Positions 38,379 through 47,676 are shown, numbered from the stretch's first letter. The stretch: DNA of 64,000 nt from an uncultured Nitrospira sp. (GCA_964449255.1 CAYUYE010000002.1:250318-314317), one strand, 5' to 3'. Translations and numbers: made by a program. Notes: a model not told the origin generated them from the sequence alone.

Positions 38379-38415
38379 CCCCGCTGAGGTGATCCCTCAG
38401 CGGGGATTTTGTTTT
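38379..38415 (+). terminator. rho-independent terminator
   Basis: An 11-bp perfect stem CCCCGCTGAGG / CCTCAGCGGGG with a 5-nt loop is followed by ATTTTGTTTT. Confidence 0.85.
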
Positions 38416-38511
38416 CGTGAAGCTGTAAAGGACGTTCGGGGTTGGAGGTGTAAGGCCTGAAGCCAGCCTGGAGCCTCGAACCCATATCGTTCAGCGATTT
38501 TTCCTGAGCCT

Positions 38512-38619
38512 TTACCTCAGCCTCATCCCTCTATCCTCCGTCTCTTTTCCCCGAGCCTCAACCCTCACCTCGGGCTCAGCCTCAGCCTTAACCTCGATCT
38601 GGACCTCTGCCTCAACCTT
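38512..38619 (-). repeat. 6-nt-periodic (GAG-NNN)n low-complexity tract, in frame with and immediately after the thrH stop codon
   Basis: The minus-strand translation directly after the thrH TGA is KVEAEVQIEVKAEAEPEVRVEARGKETEDRGMRLR, ending at TAA (38512-38514). Confidence 0.6.
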
Positions 38620-39240
38620 TCAGGTTGGGAGCTGCCCCGCCTTGGCGAATCGCGCCTGAAGCTCCGCGTAGGTGTGCGTGACCGGAAACTGTGGGAATTC
38701 CTTCGGCAAGTGATCGGGTGGCCGGAAGAAAAAGCCCGCATGGGCCTCGCCCAGCATGGCTGTGTCGTTGTAGGCGTCCCCCGCGGCCATGGTGAAGAAG
38801 TTGAGCGACTTCAGCGCGGCGACCGAATGCTTCTTCTGGTTGTTCATCCGCATGTGGTAGTTCACGATCCGCCCGCTCCCGTCGATCTCCAATTGGTTGC
38901 AGAACAGGGTCGGATATCCCAGCTGCCGCATCAGCGGCTTGGCGAACTGATAAAAGGTGTCGGACAGAATGAGCACCTGGCAGCGCTCCCGCACCCAGGC
39001 CATGAAGCCCGGGGCGCCCTCCAGGGGACCCATTTTGTCGATGACCTCTTGGATATCCTGGATGGTCAGGCGATGACGGTCGAGAATCGAGAGCCGTTGC
39101 TTCATCAATTTGTCGTAGTCCGGCATCTCTCGGGTCGTCACCTTGAGATCTTCGATGCCGGTTTTGATGGCCACGTTGATCCAGATTTCAGGAACCAGCA
39201 CGCCTTCCAGGTCCAAGCACACGATGACGGGTTGTTGCAT
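38620..39240 (-). CDS. thrH: phosphoserine phosphatase / homoserine phosphotransferase ThrH
   Basis: It aligns along its full length with Pseudomonas ThrH as I remember it (CLDLEGVLVPEIWI, ILSDTFYQFAKPLMRQLGYPTLFC, AAGDAYNDTAMLGEAHAG). The start was moved to ATG 39240. Confidence 0.85.
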   Translation of the reverse strand: MQQPVIVCLDLEGVLVPEIWINVAIKTGIEDLKVTTREMPDYDKLMKQRLSILDRHRLTIQDIQEVIDKMGPLEGAPGFMAWVRERCQVLILSDTFYQFAKPLMRQLGYPTLFCNQLEIDGSGRIVNYHMRMNNQKKHSVAALKSLNFFTMAAGDAYNDTAMLGEAHAGFFFRPPDHLPKEFPQFPVTHTYAELQARFAKAGQLPT

Positions 39241-39338
39241 GGTTTCCTCTTCCCTTGCGGTTTGCGGTGAGAGGTCTGAAGTGGGAGGCTCAAGCGATCC
39301 GGTGGGGCCTCCCACTTGAGCCTCGGATCGGGCTGCGC

Positions 39339-40172
39339 TTAGCTGTGACCTGGCTTTGATCCGTTCTCCTGAGGTGGGGTGGGCACCTTGCGGGCGGCAA
39401 ATTCCTGGCTGAGCAAGCGCCAAAGTTTGTCGAGGAAGCTATCCAGAAGCGCCGAGCCTTTGCCCCCGGTCGTTCGTTCAGCCTCATGCCGTTCCGCCCA
39501 TTCTAGCGCGAGGGGCAACGGAATCAGCCGGGGGGCATCCTGGCGCAGGCTGGCCCAGAGCAGGCCCAAGGCGGTACCGAGGCGCACGGAGACGGGGACG
39601 GACTGGACCGGGTGGTGCTCCACGTCCTCGCACCATTCGGGGGGCGATGTGACGAGCAGATCACGGCACGCGGACGGGCGGTGCTCGTAGATTGTGCAGC
39701 GCTCGTTTTCAAGAAACGGGCACGGGACGCGCAAAGCGAAATAGGCTCGATTGAGCGGTTCGAGTTCCTCATCGGACATCGGGCGCGTGGTATCGGCCAA
39801 GGCCTGGAGCTTCGACCGCAATCCTGCGCGCTCGAGCGCGGCCAAGGTCCGGTCGAGCCGCTCGTGTAACCGGGCGCGGTCGGACTCAGGTAACTGACGC
39901 ACCGCATCCAGCAGGGGAAACGTTTCCGGGGCCGACATCGGGACCAGCATCCGACAGCAGGCCGCGCAGCCTTGCCGGCAGGAGATGCTCTGTCCGGCAG
40001 CCTGCACGGCCTCCACCTCGAGCTGTTGGGCCTGAGCCGCGAGCTGCCGGCCGAGCGGAATGATCGCGGTCACTGGGACGAAACCGGTGGGTACCTCGAC
40101 GGAGGTGGTAATGCGCCCCGCCGGCGTGGCCAGGGCCAGTTCGCAATGCTCGGTAGTGGTCGATCCGCTCAT
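39339..40172 (-). CDS. YkgJ-family (UPF0153) cysteine-cluster Fe/Zn-binding protein
   Basis: It has CRQGCAACCRML and CPFLENERCTIYEHRPSACR motifs. Confidence 0.65.
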   Translation of the reverse strand: MSGSTTTEHCELALATPAGRITTSVEVPTGFVPVTAIIPLGRQLAAQAQQLEVEAVQAAGQSISCRQGCAACCRMLVPMSAPETFPLLDAVRQLPESDRARLHERLDRTLAALERAGLRSKLQALADTTRPMSDEELEPLNRAYFALRVPCPFLENERCTIYEHRPSACRDLLVTSPPEWCEDVEHHPVQSVPVSVRLGTALGLLWASLRQDAPRLIPLPLALEWAERHEAERTTGGKGSALLDSFLDKLWRLLSQEFAARKVPTPPQENGSKPGHS

Positions 40173-40297
40173 ATCGTCAGGCTGGTGCAGGATAAAAGAC
40201 CGAGGCGAAGTCGGTCAAGCGAGTGGCCGCCCCGATCGGCCCATGAGTCGCTTGCTCCGCAAGGAGTCTCCCGGCTACTGTGTGGCACGGAGGCTCC

Positions 40298-40678
40298 ATG
40301 CGGCTGACGGGACACGAGCTGGGCATGCTGCGCGAGTACATGCATGATTTGGTCGAGCAAGCGCGACAAGAAGAGCAGGCCCATCGGGCCTTCGGTTTCT
40401 CCGCTCCGGCATATCGTCCGGACCAGGCCCTCTCCGACCTTTTGGCGGTTCTTGACGACCGCATCGAATCGGAAGGGCTGCAGGTTGGTTTACCCGAAGG
40501 TTTTCTGCACCGCATGTGGACCCTCTGTAACGAGGCTCAGCAGGTTGTGAGCGAACGCGTGTGGTTGGAGAAAAACCTGGCCTCGGAAACCTTGTCGCGC
40601 AGTCGTATGCGAGAACTCACCTATCGGGCGCTGGTGGCATACCTCGAACAACCGGAAGGCCCAGTCCATGGTCGCTAG
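40298..40678 (+). CDS. hypothetical protein (126 aa, helical)
   Basis: A GGAGG RBS precedes ATG 40298. It overlaps the next gene by 11 nt, and I recognise no family. Confidence 0.4.
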   Translation: MRLTGHELGMLREYMHDLVEQARQEEQAHRAFGFSAPAYRPDQALSDLLAVLDDRIESEGLQVGLPEGFLHRMWTLCNEAQQVVSERVWLEKNLASETLSRSRMRELTYRALVAYLEQPEGPVHGR

Positions 40679-41900
40679 CTCCTGGGGGCGATGGACTCAA
40701 GTCGTTCTCCAGGTAGTCGGGATCTCCTGCCTGGTCGCGTCCCACCCCAGCGCCTGGGCCCTAGGCCCCGCGATGCCCTCACCGCACCCAGAGGCGAGGC
40801 TCATCCTGGACCCGCTCATCAAAGAAGGGCTCGAGATGCCAACTGCGTTGACCCATGCTGGTGACGGGACCGGGATCCTCTACGTCGTTGAGCAAGCGGG
40901 TCGCGTGCGTGCCGTTCAAAATGGGGCCTTGGTCGCCAAGCCCTTTCTCGACATCAGTGATCGTGTCTTGGCCGGGGGAGAGCGGGGGCTCTTGGGCCTG
41001 GCGTTCCATCCGAACTATCGCGAGAACGGACGTCTCTTCGTCAACTATACCCGCAAGCCGGACGGTTGGACGGTGTTGGCGGAGCATCACCGTCGCGAGG
41101 ACGGCGCTACAGCCGATCGGCGCGAACAGATTCTCATGGTCGTGCCGCAGCCCTATGCCAATCACAACGGTGGCATGGTCGCCTTCGGGCCGGATGGCAT
41201 GCTGTACATCGGCCGTGGGGACGGGGGCGCTGGCGGCGATCCGGGGAACCGCGCACAAAACCCTGATGAGCTATTGGGGAAAATCTTGCGGATTGACGTG
41301 GACCACGGCGATCCCTATGCCATTCCGGCGGACAATCCATTCGCGCGCGGAGGCGGCCGTCCGGAGATCTTCGCCCTCGGGCTTCGGAATCCCTGGCGCT
41401 TTTCCTTCGACCGGCTCACCGGCTTCTTCTGGGTGGCGGACGTCGGCCAGCATCGATGGGAAGAGGTGGATCTGGTCACGCGCGGTGGCAACTATGGGTG
41501 GCGGGTCATGGAGGGCAATCACTGCTTCGAACCGGCAGACGGCTGCCGCCGCCAGGGCCTCACCACGCCAGCCGTCGAGTATGCCCGGCAATCCCCACGC
41601 TGCTCCATCATCGGCGGGTATGTGTATCGCGGCACGGCCATACCGGGATTGGTCGGGACCTATGTGTTTTCGGACTACTGCAGCGGCGAGGTCATGGGGG
41701 TTCCGGCCCTCGCGGACCTTCCTGATCAGCCTGCGTCCCCGACGGTCCTGGCCGAAACGTCGCTCCATCCGTCGTCATTCGGACAGGATGAACGCGGGGA
41801 GCTCTACCTGCTCGACCATCGGAGCGGTGGGCTCTATGCTCTTCGACCGGGGGTGAACGAATCGGACAGCGGAGGTGCACGTAGAAAGGAAGGACCATGA
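40668..41900 (+). CDS. PQQ-dependent sugar (glucose/sorbosone) dehydrogenase family protein
   Basis: A signal peptide is present, with GLLGLAFHPNY, NHNGGMVAFGPDGMLYIGRGDGG and RNPWRFSFD motifs. Confidence 0.75.
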   Translation: MVASSWGRWTQVVLQVVGISCLVASHPSAWALGPAMPSPHPEARLILDPLIKEGLEMPTALTHAGDGTGILYVVEQAGRVRAVQNGALVAKPFLDISDRVLAGGERGLLGLAFHPNYRENGRLFVNYTRKPDGWTVLAEHHRREDGATADRREQILMVVPQPYANHNGGMVAFGPDGMLYIGRGDGGAGGDPGNRAQNPDELLGKILRIDVDHGDPYAIPADNPFARGGGRPEIFALGLRNPWRFSFDRLTGFFWVADVGQHRWEEVDLVTRGGNYGWRVMEGNHCFEPADGCRRQGLTTPAVEYARQSPRCSIIGGYVYRGTAIPGLVGTYVFSDYCSGEVMGVPALADLPDQPASPTVLAETSLHPSSFGQDERGELYLLDHRSGGLYALRPGVNESDSGGARRKEGP

Positions 41901-42373
41901 CGAAAGGCGGTCGATACTGGTTGATGAAATCGGAACCATCCGCATTTTCAATCGACGATTTGGCCCGATCGCCCAAGCAGCGGACCTGCTGGGATGGCGT
42001 GCGCAACTATCAGGCGAGAAACTTCATGCGATCGATGGCGATCGGCGATCACGTGCTGTTTTATCACAGCAACGCGGAGCCGCCCGCAGTCGCCGGCCTT
42101 GCGGAGGTGGTCCGGACGGCCTACCCGGATGACAGCGCCTTCGACAAGAAGGACAAACACTACGATCCGAAAAGCCGGCCGGATGCGCCGATCTGGGACA
42201 TGGTCGACATCAAATTCCTGCGGAAATTCTCTACGCCCCTGACCTTGGATGCTCTTCGCACGCAGCCGGGGCTCAAGAACATGGAGCTCCTACGGAAGGG
42301 GTCGCGGCTCTCAGTCCAGCCGGTTCGGCCCGAGGAGTGGCAGATTATTCTGACACTCGCCGGTTCGAAATGA
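41897..42373 (+). CDS. EVE (PUA-like) domain protein
   Basis: The ATGA start overlaps the upstream stop. It has YWLMKSEPSAFSIDDL ... WDGVRNYQARNFMR ... GDHVLFYHSN. Confidence 0.8.
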   Translation: MTKGGRYWLMKSEPSAFSIDDLARSPKQRTCWDGVRNYQARNFMRSMAIGDHVLFYHSNAEPPAVAGLAEVVRTAYPDDSAFDKKDKHYDPKSRPDAPIWDMVDIKFLRKFSTPLTLDALRTQPGLKNMELLRKGSRLSVQPVRPEEWQIILTLAGSK

Positions 42374-42484
42374 GAGGGAGGCACCTCGTCATTTCTGAGC
42401 GATCACGAGAACCCATCCAAAGAACCTAGCGTCAAGACATCCATGATCTGAGGCGGTGTAACCCTAATGGATGACGAGGGAATG

Positions 42485-42552
42485 AGCAGCTCCAGTTGGA
42501 TCTTGAGAGGAAGGCGACCGCTCGCTTCCGGCGCCTGGCGCGGCATACCTTC
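42485..42552 (+). repeat. copy 1 of a ~68-nt intergenic direct repeat (core TCGCTTCCGGCGCCTGGCGCGGCAT)
   Basis: A 25-nt perfect core (42522-42546) plus flanking similarity matches 62764-62832 in the same orientation. Confidence 0.8.
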
Positions 42553-42877
42553 CACGGCGGTCTGAGGCGGAAGCTTCCGGAATTCCCTCCGCCGCGATCT
42601 GTCGATCACGGTGCCTCGGTCAGTTCCAGCGTTCCCTCCTCAGACGCCGGGAGGATCCCAGCCGCTCCGGCGCAAGTCGCTCGTGCTCGCTTCCTCCCTT
42701 GTGTGAGAGAGTGGGTAGGGCCACACCGCTCCCAAGCGTGGCCCCGCTCGGACGCAGCCAAGAGCCGCCTTCACTCCTCGTACCTTTTCGAGATAGGTTC
42801 TAACGTGAGACGTTCCAGGTAGAAGGTTCGAGCAGGCCGGACCCTGCCTCAACTTCGACCTTAGCCTTGGCCTACTG

Positions 42878-43126
42878 TCACGTGCTGGCTTTGCCGTTGT
42901 CCAGATACCGATGTTGCCAGTCCAACCAGGCGTGGCCGAGTTCGTGCGCGAGGATGTAACGGCGGCGGGTGACGGGGAGGCTCTTGCGGATGTAAATGGT
43001 ACGTGTGTCGCTATCCCAAATTCCATCCGCCTCCTTGTCGCGGGCGTCCATTTCGGTGTCGGTCACCTGCTTGACGGCAATCCGATAGCCGAATGGTAGG
43101 ATCACTCGTAACGGGATGCGGTTCAT
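42878..43126 (-). CDS. 82-aa HEXXH (metallopeptidase-like) protein
   Basis: It has an ILAHELGHAWLDW motif and a plausible GAAGGA RBS, and sits isolated in a gene-poor patch. Confidence 0.45.
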   Translation of the reverse strand: MNRIPLRVILPFGYRIAVKQVTDTEMDARDKEADGIWDSDTRTIYIRKSLPVTRRRYILAHELGHAWLDWQHRYLDNGKAST

Positions 43127-43467
43127 GACGGCTATCCTTCTCGATCAAACTCACCTTAGCAGTTGGCCTGTTCGGGGGACGTCGATTCACGGTTTTCTAT
43201 AGGCTATTTCGGACTGTATCTAGCCTAGCACAGTCTGCTCCCCCTTCTCGTCCTTATAAAACAATCGTAAAAACAATAGCTTAGAAGCACTGCCCCAGAT
43301 CATGGCGGCGACTGGCAACCGTGCCTTCCCAGACTTCTCTTGTGGGATCGCAAAGGCTGTGCGGGCAACCAAGGCGCTAGTCTTGGGTCGAGTTTCATTG
43401 CCATGCCGCCTGAGCCTGTCGGCCAGGCGGGAGGGGTACGGGACGCCGACAGGAATCGCGAACAATT

Positions 43468-43496
43468 TTGTCGCCTGTGCGTGGGAGGACTATAAT
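43468..43496 (+). promoter_or_regulatory. candidate sigma-70 promoter (TTGTCG-N17-TATAAT)
   Basis: A consensus -10 TATAAT at 43491-43496 lies 26 nt upstream of ATG 43523. Confidence 0.5.
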
Positions 43497-43522
43497 GAGA
43501 CGATATTGCGGGGACATACCCC

Positions 43523-44611
43523 ATGAAGACCGTCCTGGTTCTCGGTGCAGGGAAGATCGGGTCGCTGATTGCCTGCCAACTCGCACGAAGCGGGGACTAT
43601 CTCGTCCATCTGGTCGACCGCACCGTCGAGCCTTGCCGAGACCTGGTCAAGGAACTCGATCTCTCCCATGTCCTGCCAGGCGCACTCGACGTGCAGGATC
43701 GCAAGGCGCTGCGCGCCTATCTGACCACCCAGTCCCCGGTGGCGGTGATCTCCAGCCTGCCGTACTACTGCAACATCCCGGTGGCTGAGGCGGCGAAAGA
43801 GGCTGGCGTTCACTATTTCGACCTGACTGAGGACGTCGGGGTGACCGATCAGATCAAGATCCTCAGCCAGGGGGCCGCTGCGGCATTCGTGCCTCAGTGC
43901 GGCCTCGCGCCAGGCTTCATCAGCATCGCGGCCCATGAACTCATAACGCATTTCGAGTCGCTCGATACCGTGAAGATGCGGGTCGGCGCGCTGCCGGTGC
44001 ATCCGAGCAACGCACTCAAGTACTCGCTCACCTGGTCGACCGACGGGTTGATCAACGAGTATGGGAACGTTTGCTACGGCATTGAGCAAGGGCGCAAGAC
44101 GCCGCTGCTCCCGCTCGAAGGGTATGAGACTATTGAGGTGGATGGGCTGTTGTACGAGGCCTTCAACACCTCAGGGGGGTTGGGCACACTGGCAGACACG
44201 TACGCCGGGCGTGTGAAGACGATGAACTACAAGACGCTCCGGTACCCCGGGCATTGCGAGAAGATTCATCTGCTGATGAACGATCTGAAGTTGAACGAGG
44301 ATCGCGACACGCTCAAGCATATCCTGGAACGGGCCATCCCGCGGACCTTGCAGGATGTGGTCCTCATCTACGTCTCGGTCACCGGAATGCAGAACGGTCA
44401 CCTGTTCGAAGAAACGTACGTCAAGAAGGTCTACCCGGAAAGCATCGCGGGAAGGCTGTGGTCCGCCATTCAGGTCACTACGGCCTCCGCGCTCTGTACC
44501 GTGGTCGATCTCGTCCTCAGCACGCACGACGGATACAGCGGGTTCGTACGGCAGGAATCATTCATGCTGACGAATGTCCTCCAGAATCGATTCGGCGCCT
44601 GCTATCGCTAG
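43523..44611 (+). CDS. saccharopine dehydrogenase-family oxidoreductase (possibly L-lysine 6-dehydrogenase-like)
   Basis: It has the N-terminal Rossmann motif VLVLGAGKIGS and a saccharopine-dehydrogenase-type C-terminal domain, and is followed by an ALDH7-type gene. Confidence 0.65.
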   Translation: MKTVLVLGAGKIGSLIACQLARSGDYLVHLVDRTVEPCRDLVKELDLSHVLPGALDVQDRKALRAYLTTQSPVAVISSLPYYCNIPVAEAAKEAGVHYFDLTEDVGVTDQIKILSQGAAAAFVPQCGLAPGFISIAAHELITHFESLDTVKMRVGALPVHPSNALKYSLTWSTDGLINEYGNVCYGIEQGRKTPLLPLEGYETIEVDGLLYEAFNTSGGLGTLADTYAGRVKTMNYKTLRYPGHCEKIHLLMNDLKLNEDRDTLKHILERAIPRTLQDVVLIYVSVTGMQNGHLFEETYVKKVYPESIAGRLWSAIQVTTASALCTVVDLVLSTHDGYSGFVRQESFMLTNVLQNRFGACYR

Positions 44612-44632
44612 GTCGCAAAGGGGATCGATGCC

Positions 44633-46165
44633 ATGTCCGATCCTGCTCTGATCCTGAAATCCCTCGGCCTTTCGTCTCCACAGACGGGCGCCAACGCCGG
44701 ATCATGGTGGTCCGCACCCTCAGGCTCGCGGTCCATCGAGTCGCTGAATCCTTCGACGGGTCAGGTGCTAGGGTCCGTCTCGCCCGGGACCCCGGAGGAC
44801 TACGAGCGTGTCGTGCGCGAGACCCAAATCGCATTCGAGCGCTGGCGGTTGGTACCCGCACCCAAACGGGGGGAGGTTATCAGACGGATCGGCCAGGCCT
44901 TGCGTGAGCACAAAGACGTGCTCGGGACGCTCGTGTCCCTCGAGGTGGGAAAGATCAAGGCGGAGGGGGACGGCGAGGTGCAGGAAATGATCGATATGGC
45001 GGATTTCGCCGTCGGGCAATCGCGCATGCTGTATGGCCAGACGATGCACTCCGAGCGCCCGCAGCATCGGATGTACGAACAGTGGCATCCATTGGGAGTC
45101 GTCGGGGTCATCACGGCGTTCAATTTTCCAGTCGCCGTCTGGGCTTGGAACGCGTTCCTCGCCGCGATCGCTGGAGACACGGTGCTCTGGAAGCCGTCGC
45201 CAAAGGCTCCGCTCTGTGCGCTGGCTGTGCAGCGCCTCTGCAATCGGGTGTTGGAGGAGGCCGGGCACCCCGGCATCTTCGCGCTCTTCATCTCCGATGA
45301 GGTGGCCCAAGCCGAACGCATGGTGGGGGACGGGCGATTGCCGTTGATCTCGTTTACCGGCTCGGTGCCGGTGGGCAGACGGGTCGCCGAGGTCGTCGGC
45401 AAACGGCTGGGACGGACGTTGCTCGAATTGAGCGGCAACAACGCCATCATCGTCGACGAGGAGGCCGATCTCGATCTGGCGACGCGAGCGATTGTGTTCG
45501 GCGCGGTGGGCACTGCCGGGCAACGTTGCACGACGACGCGGCGGCTCCTCGTGCACGAAACGCAGATGGACCGGCTGCTGCCGCGCCTACGGGCCGCGTA
45601 TCAGGGCGTGACAATCGGTGATCCGCTTCATCCAGGCACCTTCATGGGCCCGCTCATCGATCGCGCGGCGGTGGAGGCGTATCGTGCCACACTGGAGGAA
45701 GTCCGGCGCGAAGGCGGCGAGGTCCTGTGCGGTGGGCGCGTCCTCGAACGGCCGGGATTCTTCGTGGAGCCGACGATCGTGCGGGCGCAGCCGCACTGGT
45801 CGGTCGTCAAGCGTGAGACCTTCGCGCCGATCCTGTATGTGATGCCGTATAAGACGCTCGAAGACGCGGTAGCGATGCACAACGACGTGCCGCAAGGGCT
45901 CTCGTCCGCCATCTTTACGAACAACCTGCGCCAGGCTGAACGGTTTCTCTCGGCCGTCGGCAGCGACTGCGGGATCGCCAACGTCAACATCGGAACGAGT
46001 GGCGCGGAAATCGGCGGCGCGTTCGGGGGCGAAAAAGAGACGGGTGGGGGACGCGAAGCAGGGTCCGATGCCTGGAAGGCCTACATGCGCCGGCAGACGA
46101 ATACGATCAACTGGGGGACCGACTTGCCGTTAGCCCAGGGGATCCGATTCGACCTGCAGTCGTGA
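44633..46165 (+). CDS. aldehyde dehydrogenase, ALDH7 / piperideine-6-carboxylate (alpha-aminoadipic semialdehyde) dehydrogenase-like
   Basis: ALDH motifs are present ([17 protein letters not shown], catalytic Cys), and the N-terminal region resembles the antiquitin/AmaB family. Confidence 0.75.
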   Translation: MSDPALILKSLGLSSPQTGANAGSWWSAPSGSRSIESLNPSTGQVLGSVSPGTPEDYERVVRETQIAFERWRLVPAPKRGEVIRRIGQALREHKDVLGTLVSLEVGKIKAEGDGEVQEMIDMADFAVGQSRMLYGQTMHSERPQHRMYEQWHPLGVVGVITAFNFPVAVWAWNAFLAAIAGDTVLWKPSPKAPLCALAVQRLCNRVLEEAGHPGIFALFISDEVAQAERMVGDGRLPLISFTGSVPVGRRVAEVVGKRLGRTLLELSGNNAIIVDEEADLDLATRAIVFGAVGTAGQRCTTTRRLLVHETQMDRLLPRLRAAYQGVTIGDPLHPGTFMGPLIDRAAVEAYRATLEEVRREGGEVLCGGRVLERPGFFVEPTIVRAQPHWSVVKRETFAPILYVMPYKTLEDAVAMHNDVPQGLSSAIFTNNLRQAERFLSAVGSDCGIANVNIGTSGAEIGGAFGGEKETGGGREAGSDAWKAYMRRQTNTINWGTDLPLAQGIRFDLQS

Positions 46166-46187
46166 GGCCGGAAGAAGGAGTCACGCC

Positions 46188-46784
46188 ATGGTCAAAGGCA
46201 GGCAACTCGATGCGCTGATCGAACCAATGGTTGCTCAGTACGTGTCAAAAAATCGCGCGGCTCAGGCGATGAAGGCGGATTTGGATACCATCGCCGTGGG
46301 ACTCATGCCGGTGATCGACCATCTCACGATCAGAACGAACGACATCGATCGCCGGGCGAAAGAATTCGTGGATCTCGGCTATGCCTATGTGGAGACGATT
46401 GAATACAGCGATTGGTATGCCAAGGTCTATCGTGCGCCCGGCTATCCGGCGCTCTTCGTCGACCAGGCCTATGCGGACGCGCGAGGCAAGACGAGCGTCA
46501 TTCCACGTTGGGTCGCGAAATTCGGCGACGGCGTGTTCCATCACGTCGCCGTGCGGGTGGAAGACATTGAGCAAGCCATCGCGAGGCTAAAAGCGAAAGG
46601 CGTGACCTTCGCCGCGGAGATCGTTGGCGAGCGCGGTGGCGTCCTGCGGCAGATCTTTAGCGTGCCCGAATTGGTGGAGGGCGAGCCGTTCTCGGTGCTG
46701 GAACTGGCCGAGCGCCACGGGGGCTATCTCGGATTCATGCCGCCGCAGGCCGACAGCCTGATGCGCTCGACGGTGCTCAAATAG
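46188..46784 (+). CDS. VOC-fold protein, short DUF1338 (HglS-related)-like
   Basis: It has VIDHLTIRTNDID and FHHVAVRVEDIEQAIARLKAKGV motifs. At 198 aa it is far shorter than characterised HglS enzymes. Confidence 0.4.
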   Translation: MVKGRQLDALIEPMVAQYVSKNRAAQAMKADLDTIAVGLMPVIDHLTIRTNDIDRRAKEFVDLGYAYVETIEYSDWYAKVYRAPGYPALFVDQAYADARGKTSVIPRWVAKFGDGVFHHVAVRVEDIEQAIARLKAKGVTFAAEIVGERGGVLRQIFSVPELVEGEPFSVLELAERHGGYLGFMPPQADSLMRSTVLK

Positions 46785-46788
46785 GTGG

Positions 46789-47676
46789 CTAGCTTGTAGG
46801 TCCAGAGGAAGAGGGATTGTCGGTCGGCATGGCCTGTTTGGGTGTGCCGGGCTGCGTGTCGAAGGGTGTGTACATCTTCGAGAGGATCTTCTGCCCTTCC
46901 GGGGACAGCGCGAACTTCGCAAACGCCTCCACCAGCGGATGCGCCGACGGCCGCGAGAGGAACAACACGGGCCGGCGGAGTTTGTAGCGGCCGTTCTTCA
47001 CCGTGGGGTCGCCTGCTTCGACCTGGTCGATGGTGAGGATGCGGATCGGAATTCCCTGCTCCTGAGCCTCAAGCGCCGCTTTCAACGACACATAGCTGAT
47101 CGTATTGTCGCGGCCCGACACGCTCGCGAGCGCCTTCTGGTCGGCCCGGGCGGGTTTGTCCGATGGGACGAGTTTACCGGCCACCCCGAGCGTCTGCTCG
47201 AAACCGGTCTCGATATTTTGGTCATTGGTACGGCGAATCACTTCCACGTTCGTATCCGCGCCGTCGAGCTCGGCCCAGCGCCGAATTTTCCCTGTAAAGA
47301 GCGACTGGACTTGTCCGGTGCTGGCGTTCAGCAGGGGATTGGCGAAATTGACAATGACGGCGATCCCGTCCCACGCCACCTGATTGGCCTTCAATCCCGA
47401 TTCTTCAGAGCCGGAAACGGCAATATCCGCCTGACCAACCCGAGTCATTTCCACCGTCTCGAGCGTCCGATCCCATTCAATGTCGATCACCGACCCTGGG
47501 TTGGCCTTTTCATACGCGCGGGCCAACTCGTGAATCGCCGGCTGCTCCGGCCCATGCCCGACCACAAGAATCCGCTTCCCCTCGCCCGCGAATGTCGTGG
47601 TGCCCAAGAGTATGAGCACGGTCACGAGCGCAACCGGCCACAGGATTCGGACCGCGGGTTGGATGTGGTTCACCAT
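46789..47676 (-). CDS. PstS-family (PBP_like_2) periplasmic substrate-binding protein
   Basis: A signal peptide is followed by a type-2 periplasmic binding fold pattern (VSGSEESGL, WDGIAVIVN, ISYVSL). Confidence 0.6.
   Translation of the reverse strand: MVNHIQPAVRILWPVALVTVLILLGTTTFAGEGKRILVVGHGPEQPAIHELARAYEKANPGSVIDIEWDRTLETVEMTRVGQADIAVSGSEESGLKANQVAWDGIAVIVNFANPLLNASTGQVQSLFTGKIRRWAELDGADTNVEVIRRTNDQNIETGFEQTLGVAGKLVPSDKPARADQKALASVSGRDNTISYVSLKAALEAQEQGIPIRILTIDQVEAGDPTVKNGRYKLRRPVLFLSRPSAHPLVEAFAKFALSPEGQKILSKMYTPFDTQPGTPKQAMPTDNPSSSGPTS

Noticed and set aside
38497-38617. A CT-rich repetitive tract, considered as a CRISPR array or tandem repeat locus.
   Set aside because: - It has no repeat-spacer organisation.
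- The period is 6-9 nt and imperfect.
- It is better explained as codon-periodic low-complexity sequence in frame with thrH (see findings).
38620-38622. The thrH TGA as a selenocysteine codon.
   Set aside because: - No SECIS-like hairpin is evident immediately downstream.
- ThrH homologues end at this position, and there is no redox context.
43220-43465. An 81-aa minus-strand ORF upstream of the HEXXH gene, considered as an antitoxin or regulator partner.
   Set aside because: - It has no HTH or other motif and no convincing RBS.
- It overlaps the predicted promoter region of the downstream operon, and its composition looks non-coding.
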